A DNA stretch of 64,000 bases from an uncultured Rikenellaceae bacterium (GTDB lineage: Bacteria > Bacteroidota > Bacteroidia > Bacteroidales > VadinHA17), in contig CAYSXP010000022.1 of assembly GCA_964435015.1 (NCBI GenBank), positions 1,734 to 65,733 of the forward strand. The letters run 5' to 3'. The translations under genes were made by a program, and so were the position numbers. Positions 10,122 through 19,579 of the stretch are shown piece by piece. Every line of letters starts with the position of its first letter. Within the stretch, counting starts at the first letter, position 1. The notes beneath the pieces are model-generated. The model did no database searches and had not been told where the DNA came from. It was given only the letters and a program-made list of their open reading frames with translations.

Positions 10122-11375
10122 ATGAAAAAACTTGGAAAGTACTCCTTCGGGACAGGCGACAGATTCGGACGGCAGGGACAGGCTCAGCTGAGGGCAATAA
10201 TCGATGCTGAAAAGAAAGGCTGTGAAATCACGCCTGTCTGGAACAAGTCGAACAGGGAGCATGTAATTATCGGAACACAACCCGATGATGTAAGGAAGGA
10301 AGCTGACCGGACCACGAGGGCAACGGGTTTTCAAAGACCGTATTTCGTTGATGCCGACCACATAAATCTTGATAATGTAGAAAGATTCATTGAGAGTTCC
10401 GACTTTTTCACCATCGATGTAGCCGCCTGCATAGGCAAGCGGGCCGGAAACAGCGAGATTGACAGTTTCCTTGCCGGAGCAGCCGGGTACTCCAGGGGAC
10501 TGGAGATCCCGGGGATGCCCAGGATCCGCAGGTGTTCCGGGGAGATGCTTGTGGAAATCGCCGAGAAATACCTCTTTGCAGCGAAAAAGGCAGGCGAGGT
10601 GTACAGAAAGATCGAATCCGGCAAGGGTTCCGGCAATTTCATCACCGAAATATCGATGGATGAAGTGACCCACCCCCAGTCTCCCATTGAGATATTCTTC
10701 ATACTTAAAATGTTAAGTGACGAGAAGATACCTGTGCAGACCTTCGCGCCGAAATTTTCGGGACGGTTCAACAAAGGGGTCGATTACGAGGGCGACATTA
10801 AGAAATTTGCCATGGAATTTGAACAGGATCTGCTGGTTCTGAGCTATGCCGCCAGCAAATTCGACCTGCCGGAGAACATCAAGATAAGCGTTCATTCAGG
10901 GTCCGACAAGTTCTCACTCTACCCCGTAATAGGATCAATCATACGCAGGCACGACAAGGGCATTCATGTAAAGACTGCCGGAACAACCTGGCTTGAAGAG
11001 GTGATCGGCCTTGCTGAAGCAGGAAACGAGGGCCTTGATTTCGTCAGGGAGATCTATGCGGAGGCTGTTGAAAGGATTGATGAATTGTGCGGACCCTATG
11101 CCGACGTCATCGACATTGACAGATCAAAGCTTCCTTCAGCCGACAGTGTATCAGGATGGAACAGCAGGAAATTCGCGGCTTCACTAAGGCATGACCTTAA
11201 GAATCCTGAGTATAACCAGGGAATGAGGCAGCTGATCCATATAGGATACAAGCTTGCCGCTCAGAGATCGGACAGGTTTTACAGACTGCTTAAAGAAAAT
11301 GAACACATAGTGGAAAAAGGTGTCTATCAGAACATCTTTTCAAGGCATCTGTGCCCCCTGTTCAGTATTCAGTGA
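10122..11375 (+). CDS. uxaE: tagaturonate/fructuronate epimerase
   Basis: 417 aa. The N-terminus KYSFGTGDRFGRQGQAQL and the FVDADHI motif resemble the UxaE family described in Thermotoga. Hexuronate context. Confidence 0.72.
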   Translation: MKKLGKYSFGTGDRFGRQGQAQLRAIIDAEKKGCEITPVWNKSNREHVIIGTQPDDVRKEADRTTRATGFQRPYFVDADHINLDNVERFIESSDFFTIDVAACIGKRAGNSEIDSFLAGAAGYSRGLEIPGMPRIRRCSGEMLVEIAEKYLFAAKKAGEVYRKIESGKGSGNFITEISMDEVTHPQSPIEIFFILKMLSDEKIPVQTFAPKFSGRFNKGVDYEGDIKKFAMEFEQDLLVLSYAASKFDLPENIKISVHSGSDKFSLYPVIGSIIRRHDKGIHVKTAGTTWLEEVIGLAEAGNEGLDFVREIYAEAVERIDELCGPYADVIDIDRSKLPSADSVSGWNSRKFAASLRHDLKNPEYNQGMRQLIHIGYKLAAQRSDRFYRLLKENEHIVEKGVYQNIFSRHLCPLFSIQ

Positions 11376-11478
11376 TCCCGACACACGGGTAAAGGCGTTT
11401 TGTTCCGGTTGCTGATTACCGGCCCGTTCCGCCCAGAAGCCGGAATATGACCATGTATTTAAAGAAGATATATTTTTT

Positions 11479-11486
11479 TAACTTTG
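11479..11486 (+). promoter_or_regulatory. candidate Bacteroidota -7 promoter box (TAnnTTTG)
   Basis: TAACTTTG lies 44 nt upstream of the ATG at 11530. Confidence 0.4.
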
Positions 11487-11529
11487 ACTGATCAAACAAG
11501 AAATTAATAATTAACCAACTGGCACAACC

Positions 11530-12477
11530 ATGAAAAACTCACGCTCGAGGAGGGAATTCCTCAGATTATCAGCAGCCGGCGCTCTCGGGGCATTTGCCCT
11601 TTCACAGTATTCATGCAGGAACTCTCCGGGTACCGCGGGCAAGGCCAGTGCTGCCAAGTCAGATCCGAAGTCATTCGGCATAGGGCTTCAGCTCTACACA
11701 ATCCGCGACGCCATGGCAACCGACGTCCGCGGTTCGCTGAAGCAGGTTTCCGATGCCGGATACAAATACGTTGAACTGGCCAATTACGCCGACGGCAGGT
11801 TCTACGGCTATGAGCCTGCGGAATTCCTGAAAATTGTAAGTGACCTGGGAATGGAGATACTCAGCAGTCATACACAGGTTGAAGCCCGGGGTGTGACCCT
11901 TGACAATGCCAGAAAGATGGCGGAGGATCATGCCAGGCTGGGGGTAAAATACTGTATTCAGCCATGGGTTGTTGAGGAAGCCAGAAAAACCATCGACAGC
12001 TACAGGAAAATGGCAGCAGACTGGAACATTGTGGGTGGGATAATGAAGGAACACGGCATAATGTTCGGATATCACAATCACAACTTTGAGTTTGACACCG
12101 TCGAGGGCAGGATACCCTATTTCGATGTGATGCTTGCCGAACTTGACAAGGATCTTGTAACAATGGAAATTGATATTTTCTGGACAATCAAGGCGGGTCA
12201 GGATCCTGTGGAGATATTCCGGAAATATCCGGGAAGGTTTCAGTTGTTCCACATGAAAGATATGTTTACAAAGGAGGCGCCCTTCTATACAACTGACGGC
12301 GTGGATGATTTCGCACCGGTCGGGGCCGGAGTGATCGATTTCAGGTCCATCCTGGCTGCCAGGGAGGCTGCAGGCATGAAATACATGATCGTTGAAGAGG
12401 ACCGGAGCCGGGAAGGCAAGCCTTTTGACGATATCCGCACCAGCATTTCAAACCTCACGACAAAAATCCTTGTCTGA
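11530..12477 (+). CDS. TAT-exported sugar phosphate isomerase/epimerase (xylose isomerase-like TIM barrel)
   Basis: 315 aa. Has a twin-arginine signal, SRREFLRLSAAGALGAFA, followed by a TIM-barrel body (GIGLQLYTIRD..., FHMKD). Confidence 0.8.
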   Translation: MKNSRSRREFLRLSAAGALGAFALSQYSCRNSPGTAGKASAAKSDPKSFGIGLQLYTIRDAMATDVRGSLKQVSDAGYKYVELANYADGRFYGYEPAEFLKIVSDLGMEILSSHTQVEARGVTLDNARKMAEDHARLGVKYCIQPWVVEEARKTIDSYRKMAADWNIVGGIMKEHGIMFGYHNHNFEFDTVEGRIPYFDVMLAELDKDLVTMEIDIFWTIKAGQDPVEIFRKYPGRFQLFHMKDMFTKEAPFYTTDGVDDFAPVGAGVIDFRSILAAREAAGMKYMIVEEDRSREGKPFDDIRTSISNLTTKILV

Positions 12478-12616
12478 CGGGAAGAAGATGATTCATTTAT
12501 TCCCCCTTCACCATACTGGTGGTGAGTGACCGGGTGTGAAAGCTAATTAAGCCCTGAATCAGGGTATCGGAGTAACATTCACCGGCAGATTACCTTAGTG
12601 TCAACCGGGCCGGCCG

Positions 12617-14437
12617 TTATTCCATCGTTGTCTTGCCTGTTATGACCGGTGCTGTAAGCTGCAGCAGGTCGAAGACCACCATTTCATTTCCGCCCTTCCT
12701 GAGCCATATTCCAGGGCAGAAAAGTCTTTTCTGGGGGCCTATCTCCCAGTAACGGCCAAGATTGTGCCCGTTCACCCATACAATGCCTTTCCTGAGACTG
12801 GATACATCAAAGAAAGTGTCGCCGGCCTTGTCGATATAGAAATTTGCCTTGAAGAACACTCCCCTTTTTCCCGGATTTCTTGCCGACGACCGCAGGTTAT
12901 AAATGTAATCATCGTTCATGGGAAGGTTGTATACTTTCCAGTTCATCAGCGTCATCCCGTTAAGGGTTACCCTTTCTGTTATCCCCTTTCTGTCAATGAG
13001 GTGTTCTGCAAAATTTATTCTGCCCATCCCCTCAACGAGGATCTCAAGCACCGGATTTGCGCTTTTTCCCTCCGGTATTTCCAGTGAATTGATCCCCAGC
13101 CGCCTGTCGAGGGAACCGATGTACTCCCCGTCGACGAAGACTGTGGCATAATCATGCAGGTTGGTAACCGTAAGCCTGCCTTTTTTGTGGCCGATGAGTT
13201 CCGTTTTGTAGAGGATGAATCCGTAATCCTGGCTGTACGACTCGAATGGGCCCGGCTGAACGGAGTTAACGGGCTGGGGAAGGTTATCCCAGACAGATGT
13301 GAATATGTTAAGGGGTATCGGAAGTATTTCAACTGCTTCGACGGGAGCCGGAATATCCGGAAGCTTTTTACCCCTGGGCAGATATGAGCCGATAAGCTTC
13401 CTCAGTGCCGCGTATTTCGCGGTGGGTCGTCCCTGTTCATCAATTGGGGCATCGTAGTCATAGCTTGTTACATCAGGCTCATATCCTTTTCCTCCGGAAT
13501 TGGCCCCTGCCGTAAAGCCGAAATTGGTACCCCCGTGAATAACGTACAGATTGAATGACTTCCTGTTATCCATAAGATATCGGACATCCCTGAGCAATGC
13601 TGATGTATCCGGCCTGACCCAGTTCTCGCCCCAGTGTGTGAGCCATCCGGGATAGGTCTCGCTGCTGAAGACGGGGACGCCGGGGTTCATTTTCGCTGCA
13701 AGTTCAAAATCAGCCTGGCTGCTTCCCGGATCGAGGCCCACGGCACAACCGGGCAATGAACCGGCCTCAAGCATATGCGGGGTAGGTCCGTCGCCCGTGA
13801 AAAACGGCACATCGATGCCGTTCTGCTGCCAGATCTCCTTCAACCTCAAAAGGTAGTTCCTGTCATTTCCATAACTGCCGTATTCATTCTCAATCTGAAG
13901 CATAAGGACCGGACCTCCGTTCGTTATCAGCCATGGCCTGAGTTCTTCTGCCAGGCGTGTGATATATTTTTCAGCCGCAGCCATGTACCTCGGATCCATG
14001 CATCTCAGCTTAATATCGGGTATCCGGAGCAGGTAGGGCGGAATGCCTCCCAGTTCCCATTCGGCGCAAACATAAGGACCGGGACGTACAAGGAGCCACA
14101 TGCCCTCATCCTGAACAGTCCGGATGAATTGAGCCAGGTTGTGGCTGCCAGTCGTGAAATCATATTCGCCCTCCCTGGGTTCATGGAAATTCCAGAAGAT
14201 ATATATCCCTATGGTGTTGCATCCCATGGCTTTGGCCATCCGGATCCGGTGGCTCCAGTATTCGGCCGGTATGCGGGCCGGATGCATTTCGCCGCTTATG
14301 ATCTGGAACGGGCTCCCGTCAAGCAGGAACCCGGATGCCTCCATGGAAAATGTATGCCTGGCCCTGGTTTTCTGCGCACTCATGGCCTGACAAAGGAAAA
14401 AAACCACCAACAAGCTTAAACAGAATCGTTTGTACAT
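12617..14437 (-). CDS. glycoside hydrolase family 35 beta-galactosidase, secreted
   Basis: 606 aa. Has a signal peptide, a GH35 N-terminal signature (FLLDGSPFQIISGEMHPARIP..YW) and the catalytic QIENEYG motif. Confidence 0.88.
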   Translation of the reverse strand: MYKRFCLSLLVVFFLCQAMSAQKTRARHTFSMEASGFLLDGSPFQIISGEMHPARIPAEYWSHRIRMAKAMGCNTIGIYIFWNFHEPREGEYDFTTGSHNLAQFIRTVQDEGMWLLVRPGPYVCAEWELGGIPPYLLRIPDIKLRCMDPRYMAAAEKYITRLAEELRPWLITNGGPVLMLQIENEYGSYGNDRNYLLRLKEIWQQNGIDVPFFTGDGPTPHMLEAGSLPGCAVGLDPGSSQADFELAAKMNPGVPVFSSETYPGWLTHWGENWVRPDTSALLRDVRYLMDNRKSFNLYVIHGGTNFGFTAGANSGGKGYEPDVTSYDYDAPIDEQGRPTAKYAALRKLIGSYLPRGKKLPDIPAPVEAVEILPIPLNIFTSVWDNLPQPVNSVQPGPFESYSQDYGFILYKTELIGHKKGRLTVTNLHDYATVFVDGEYIGSLDRRLGINSLEIPEGKSANPVLEILVEGMGRINFAEHLIDRKGITERVTLNGMTLMNWKVYNLPMNDDYIYNLRSSARNPGKRGVFFKANFYIDKAGDTFFDVSSLRKGIVWVNGHNLGRYWEIGPQKRLFCPGIWLRKGGNEMVVFDLLQLTAPVITGKTTME

Positions 14438-14551
14438 ATAACAAGATATTAGCCGTTTACTTAAGAACTGTTACTGAAAAAGAATATTCAAGATTTCAAA
14501 TATACAATTAACAGGTCATTATTCAGAATCTGAACGGGCAGATCATATTCA

Positions 14552-14578
14552 AACCGGCCTTGCGGATGCGGGCCGGTT
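14552..14578 (-). terminator. possible terminator hairpin after the ABC transporter gene
   Basis: AACCGGCC (14552-14559) and GGCCGGTT (14571-14578) form an 8-bp GC-rich stem just downstream of the stop at 14582. The following U-tract is weak. Confidence 0.35.
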
Positions 14579-14581
14579 AAG

Positions 14582-16402
14582 CTAAACGGCCTGAAAGCAG
14601 TAAAGCTTGCTGTAATAGCCATCCTTTCTGCCAACAAGCTCATCGTGGGTACCCGTCTCGACAATCTTTCCGTCGTCGATAACAACGATGAGATCGGCAT
14701 GCCTGATTGTGGTAAGCCTGTGGGCAATAACAACTGATGTCCTGTTTTTCATCAGGTTCAATATTGCTTCCTGCACCAGCCTCTCAGATTCTGTATCAAG
14801 CGCAGAGGTTGCTTCATCAAGGATAAGGATGGGAGGGTTGGCCATGATCGCCCGGGCAATACTGATCCTCTGCCGCTGGCCTCCGCTTAGCTTGTTCCCC
14901 GATTCTCCCACCGTACTCTCGTAAGCATCCTCTGTCTCTGAAATAAACTCATGGGCATTTGCGATATGCGCAGAATATTCAACCTGTTCCTGTGAATGTG
15001 TTTCCACCCCGAAATCAATGTTCTCCCTGAAGGAAGTATTGAAAAGTATGGGCTGCTGGCTCACAATCCCCATGAGGCTTCTTAGATCCTTAATCTTCAG
15101 ATCCCTTACATCTTTTCCATCAATAAGTATCTCCCCCTTGTCCGCATCCATGAACCTTGGAAGAAGATCGGCGAGGGTTGATTTGCCGGCTCCCGATTTA
15201 CCCACAATTGCTATAGTCTGTCCTTTGAGTATTTTCAGGCTTATATCTTTAAGCACGGGTTCATTGTTGTAGGCGAACCATACTCCCCTGAACTCAATGG
15301 ATTCCCTGAAATCGCTTATGGGGAGGGCATTGGCCTTTTCTGCTATTTTTTCCTTTGCTTCCAGCACCTGATCAATCCTGTCAACCGATGCCATGCCTTT
15401 CTGGATGCTGAACCATGCGGTGGTGATGTTCTTTGCAGGCTGGATGATCTGGGAAAATATGACAAGAAAAGCAATGAGGCTTTCCTGGTCGAGGTTGCCA
15501 ACGCCTTTCATGGCCAGGGTGCTTCCGAAATACATGATTATCATGAGTACGATGGTTGCAAGGAACTCGCTTATGGGGCTGGCAAGATAGGCTTTACGGG
15601 TTATCCGTTTAAAGACCTTGGAGTAATGTATGTTTGTCTGGGAAAATTGTTTCTGCATTTTTTCCTCCGCATTGAATCCTTTTATTATCCTCAATCCGGT
15701 AAGCGTTTCTTCCACCACCGAAAGCAGCTTTCCCAGGTATTGCTGACCGGCAAATGATGAGGATCTGAGAGTGCGGCTCGCCCTGCCTATGAGCCACCCG
15801 CTCACCGGCAGGAGCAGCAGGGCAAAGACCGTCAGCCTGGTGCTGGTGACAAACAGGTATGCCATAAAGATCATGATGTAAAGAGGATCCCTGAACAGCA
15901 TTGTAAGCGATGACACAACGGATATTTCAATTTCCTGGACGTCGTTTGATATCCTGGTCATTATGTCTCCCTTCCTGGCATCGGTAAAATACGAAAGGGG
16001 AAGCCTCAGAACCTTATCATACATTTTTTTCCGAAGGTCCCTCACTGTGCATGATCTGATGTAGGCCATGCTGTTGTTGGCCAGAAAAATGAATCCGTTC
16101 TTGAACAGGCTGGCCACCACAACTACGAGGCAGACCATGAGAAGGGCGCCGGTTTCTCCGTAATTGCCGATCAGGGAAGTCATATAATATCTGGCTGCAG
16201 CAGAAAGATATTCAGCATTAAGCTGAAATCCGCCCGGATCGGGGGCGGGTTCCACCCTGTTGAACATTATTCTCAGGAACGGAATGACCATTGTGTATGA
16301 GAAAAGTGCAAACAGGGCGCTCAGGATATTGTAAAGAATATTCCGGAAAGCTGACCACTTATAGGGCTCAAGATATTTCAGCAGGAGTCTTAACTTATTC
16401 AT
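14582..16402 (-). CDS. ABC transporter, fused permease/ATPase (MsbA-like exporter)
   Basis: 606 aa. Six-TM N-terminal domain, Walker A GKSGAGKST, signature LSGGQRQR and Walker B ILILDEATSALD. Confidence 0.9.
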   Translation of the reverse strand: MNKLRLLLKYLEPYKWSAFRNILYNILSALFALFSYTMVIPFLRIMFNRVEPAPDPGGFQLNAEYLSAAARYYMTSLIGNYGETGALLMVCLVVVVASLFKNGFIFLANNSMAYIRSCTVRDLRKKMYDKVLRLPLSYFTDARKGDIMTRISNDVQEIEISVVSSLTMLFRDPLYIMIFMAYLFVTSTRLTVFALLLLPVSGWLIGRASRTLRSSSFAGQQYLGKLLSVVEETLTGLRIIKGFNAEEKMQKQFSQTNIHYSKVFKRITRKAYLASPISEFLATIVLMIIMYFGSTLAMKGVGNLDQESLIAFLVIFSQIIQPAKNITTAWFSIQKGMASVDRIDQVLEAKEKIAEKANALPISDFRESIEFRGVWFAYNNEPVLKDISLKILKGQTIAIVGKSGAGKSTLADLLPRFMDADKGEILIDGKDVRDLKIKDLRSLMGIVSQQPILFNTSFRENIDFGVETHSQEQVEYSAHIANAHEFISETEDAYESTVGESGNKLSGGQRQRISIARAIMANPPILILDEATSALDTESERLVQEAILNLMKNRTSVVIAHRLTTIRHADLIVVIDDGKIVETGTHDELVGRKDGYYSKLYCFQAV

Positions 16403-16418
16403 CCGTCATTCTGCAGGT

Positions 16419-17762
16419 TTAAAACCCGGTATAATTAAAAGGAGTTATCGCCTTCAGTTCGGTTTTTATATCATCGGAGATCTCAAGGCTGTCGATAAAA
16501 GAAACAAGGATTTCACGTGTAACCCTTTGGTTTGTCTTTGTAAGCTCAAGGAGTGCCTCATATGGTTTGTTAAAGCCCTCTCTTCTCAATATTGTCTGAA
16601 TGGCTTCCGTCACCACGGCCCAGTTGCTTTCCAGGTCGGAATGGATCTTTTCCGGGTTTATAATTATTTTATTGAATCCCTTCATAAGTGAGCTGAAGGC
16701 GATAATGGTATGGCCAATGGGCACGCCTGTGTTCCGCAGCACCGTGGAGTCGGTAAGATCGCGCTGAAGGCGCGACACCGGCAGTTTTTCGGCCATGTGG
16801 CTGAAGATGGCGTTTGCAAAGCCCAGGTTGCCTTCGCAATTCTCAAAGTCGACAGGATTGATCTTGTGCGGCATTGCAGAAGAGCCGATTTCACCTTTTT
16901 TCGTTTTCTGCCTGAAGTAATCCATCGATATGTATGTCCAGAAATCCCTTGAAAGATCAATAAGTATGACGTTGATCCTCCTGAGATTATCGAACAGGGC
17001 CGCCAGGTTGTCGTAATGTTCAATCTGTGTGGTGGGGCTTGAGCGGTGAAGGCCGAGGGTATCATTCACAAAGGTGTCGGCAAAGGATATCCAGTCTGTT
17101 TCAGGGAAAGCGGCCCTGTGTGCATTCAGGTTGCCGGTTGCCCCTCCGAACTTTGCAGAGTAAGGTATCTGGCTGAAATATTTTGATTGTTCGTCGAGCC
17201 TTGAAATAAACACAGCCAGTTCCTTTCCCAGGCGGGTTGGTGAAGCCGGCTGTCCGTGCGTCCTGGCCAGCATGGGCACATCCTTCCATTCGTCTGCCAG
17301 CTCAGTAAGGATCTCCCTCAGTTCAAAAAGAAGCGGGAAGTAAACGTCCGTCAGCGCGTCTTTCAGCGACAGCGGCAGCGCGGTATTGTTTATATCCTGC
17401 GAGGTGAGTCCGAAATGGATGAATTCCGACCATTTACCCATGCCCGACTGAAAGAACTTCTCCTTGAGAAAATATTCAACCGCCTTGACATCGTGGTTCG
17501 TTGTTTTCTCAATCTCCTTGATCTTCAGTGCATCATCAAAGGTAAACTCTTCATGGAAAGCTCTGAGAACAGTATAGTTCTCCTTTTTGAAATCAGCAAG
17601 CTGGGGAAGGGGAATGTCGCAAAGAGCAATGAAATACTCAACTTCAACAAGCAGCCTGTAGTATATAAGGGCATACTCGGAAAAATAAACATCCAGTTCG
17701 TCAACTTTTTGCCGGTAACGCCCGTCAAGCGGAGAGATTGCCGTGAGGCTGTTCAGTTCCAT
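16419..17762 (-). CDS. purB: adenylosuccinate lyase
   Basis: Conserved N-terminus MELNSLTAISPLDGRY plus the fumarate-lyase signature SSAMPHKINP. Start moved to the internal ATG at 17762, because the 17 residues upstream in the ORF track look non-native. Confidence 0.92.
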   Translation of the reverse strand: MELNSLTAISPLDGRYRQKVDELDVYFSEYALIYYRLLVEVEYFIALCDIPLPQLADFKKENYTVLRAFHEEFTFDDALKIKEIEKTTNHDVKAVEYFLKEKFFQSGMGKWSEFIHFGLTSQDINNTALPLSLKDALTDVYFPLLFELREILTELADEWKDVPMLARTHGQPASPTRLGKELAVFISRLDEQSKYFSQIPYSAKFGGATGNLNAHRAAFPETDWISFADTFVNDTLGLHRSSPTTQIEHYDNLAALFDNLRRINVILIDLSRDFWTYISMDYFRQKTKKGEIGSSAMPHKINPVDFENCEGNLGFANAIFSHMAEKLPVSRLQRDLTDSTVLRNTGVPIGHTIIAFSSLMKGFNKIIINPEKIHSDLESNWAVVTEAIQTILRREGFNKPYEALLELTKTNQRVTREILVSFIDSLEISDDIKTELKAITPFNYTGF

Positions 17763-17882
17763 AGTCAATCCTGTTAAGATTTGAATCACCACAGATAAAT
17801 ATCCTATGCACAAAAGTAGTATTTTAGCCGGTGTAAAAAAACGGAATCTTGCGATCTGAACAGTCCAAAACCAATCAAAGGC

Positions 17883-18644
17883 ATGCAGCGGGAAAAAATA
17901 AGAATTTCAGCAGTCAGTTTTGCAAATACCTATCCTTTCATTTATGGTCTTACTCAAAGCGGGTTTGATAAAAAAGTAATTCTTACAACTGATCATCCTG
18001 CAGAATGTGCGGCAAAACTGGCAAAGGGGGTGGCAGATATCGGGCTCATCCCGGTAGCAGCCCTTCCGATGCTCGCTGAATACCATCTGATTACCGACTA
18101 TTGCCTGGGAGCCTACGGCAGGGTGAGAACGGTAATGCTGTTAAGCAACAGCCCGCTCGACGAGATCAGGGTGATTAATCTCGATTACAGGTCGAGGTCA
18201 TCCGTAAGCCTGGCCAGAATCCTTGCAAGACACGTATGGAAAAAGGAGTTCACCTGGCAGGATACCAGTGAAGGCTTTGATTTCACCGGCATTCCCTCCG
18301 GTGAAGCTGTTGTACTTATCGGTGATCTGTGCTTCGAATACGAGAAGCTGTTCAGCTTCGGGATTGATCTTGCCGGAGAATGGTTCAGCCATACTGGACT
18401 GCCTTTTGCATTTGCCTGCTGGACATCGAACAGGAAACTCGACGAAGGTTTTCTGAAGGATTTCAACAATGCCCTGAGATCAGGGGTGGATAACATCCCT
18501 GCGGTGGTGGAAAAATTCGGCAACAATGGTTCCATACGCGGCAATGACCTGTATGTTTATCTGACCAGCAACATGAGTTACGACCTCAATGACGAGAAGA
18601 GGGAAGCTATCGATTTGTTCCTGAGGATGCTGAAGGACATCTGA
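17883..18644 (+). CDS. mqnA: chorismate dehydratase (futalosine-pathway menaquinone biosynthesis)
   Basis: 253 aa. IRISAVSFANTYPFIYGL...GVADIGLIPV resembles the MqnA / periplasmic-binding-like fold family. Confidence 0.75.
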   Translation: MQREKIRISAVSFANTYPFIYGLTQSGFDKKVILTTDHPAECAAKLAKGVADIGLIPVAALPMLAEYHLITDYCLGAYGRVRTVMLLSNSPLDEIRVINLDYRSRSSVSLARILARHVWKKEFTWQDTSEGFDFTGIPSGEAVVLIGDLCFEYEKLFSFGIDLAGEWFSHTGLPFAFACWTSNRKLDEGFLKDFNNALRSGVDNIPAVVEKFGNNGSIRGNDLYVYLTSNMSYDLNDEKREAIDLFLRMLKDI

Positions 18645-18709
18645 TATCGCATTCGGGAGACTTGTGCGCGAATGGAGCCTTTATATTTTTATGTTAATTA
18701 TATTATGAC

Positions 18710-18717
18710 TAACTTTG
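18710..18717 (+). promoter_or_regulatory. candidate Bacteroidota -7 promoter box (TAnnTTTG)
   Basis: TAACTTTG lies 46 nt upstream of the ATG at 18763, in an AT-rich spacer. Confidence 0.4.
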
Positions 18718-18762
18718 ATTAATTACTGAATACGATCATTTGTAAAACATAAATATAAGGAA

Positions 18763-19008
18763 ATGGCAAAGACAATGACATTCAATGAACTCCGGAAGAT
18801 TAAAGATCAGTTGCCCTCCGGTAGTATGAAAAAGATTGCAGAAAAGCTTCAGCTGAATGAAGAAACTGTAAGGAACTACTTCGGAGGGACAAATTTTGAA
18901 AAGGGACAAACTGTTGGTGTACATTTTGAACAGGGACCGGGAGGAGGAATCGTCAGTTTTGACGACACCACCATTCTCGACCTTGCACAGACAATGATAG
19001 AAAAGTGA
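18763..19008 (+). CDS. small hypothetical protein with a possible helix-turn-helix
   Basis: 81 aa. The segment MKKIAEKLQLNEETVRNYF resembles an HTH. The gene has its own promoter box and a strong terminator. No family recognised. Confidence 0.5.
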   Translation: MAKTMTFNELRKIKDQLPSGSMKKIAEKLQLNEETVRNYFGGTNFEKGQTVGVHFEQGPGGGIVSFDDTTILDLAQTMIEK

Positions 19009-19032
19009 TAATCATAACCCGATGCCTGTTCA

Positions 19033-19068
19033 AAAGCAAAAGGCATTGTCTTTTGCTTTTTTTATTTT
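19033..19068 (+). terminator. rho-independent terminator
   Basis: AAAGCAAAAG (19033-19042) pairs with CTTTTGCTTT (19050-19059), a 10-bp stem with a 7-nt loop. It is followed by TTTTTATTTT. Confidence 0.8.
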
Positions 19069-19318
19069 CTCCCTGAATACTGCTTCACTGCCCCTGCCAT
19101 AAGGGGAGCCGGTGAATATGCATTGAGGAAGTTCCCCAGCGATAGGTCCGATTGCGCATCGGGCAATATGTTTTTATACCTATTGTTTTCCCGTATTAGT
19201 ACGATCATCTGATTTCACTGCCTGGCGTATTTTTGATGAAGATCAAAAACGAATGTTCATGTTGGATGTTATTATCAATCATTCGTCAGAAGCTGACAGC
19301 CAGAAAGGGATCATCAGG

Positions 19319-19579
19319 ATGAGCGAAAGGGCCGACAAGCCCATCAAGAGTTTTATGAAGTCGGTCTCATGGCGCATAGTCGGCACCATTGACACAATGA
19401 TAATAAGTTATATAATAACAGGCAAGATATCACTTGCTGTTAGCATCGGCAGCATTGAGGTGCTCACCAAAACCATCCTGTATTACTTCCACGAACGCAT
19501 CTGGGCCCATATTCACAGAATAAGATTAAAGGTCGACCTAAAAAAGAGAAGAGGGTATGAATTTGAAGGAGCTGACTGA
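19319..19579 (+). CDS. DUF2061-like small membrane protein
   Basis: SFMKSVSWRIVGTIDTMIISYIITG...KTILYYFHERIW is typical of DUF2061. Start taken at the internal ATG 19319. The 3' end overlaps cysH by 23 nt. Confidence 0.6.
   Translation: MSERADKPIKSFMKSVSWRIVGTIDTMIISYIITGKISLAVSIGSIEVLTKTILYYFHERIWAHIHRIRLKVDLKKRRGYEFEGAD

Noticed and set aside
19069-19318. Possible riboswitch or leader upstream of the DUF2061-cysH operon
   Set aside because: The 250-nt leader is long. However, I could not find the conserved cores of SAM-I, SAM-II or SAM/SAH elements, nor a convincing terminator/antiterminator pair. It is left as something to test with covariance models only.
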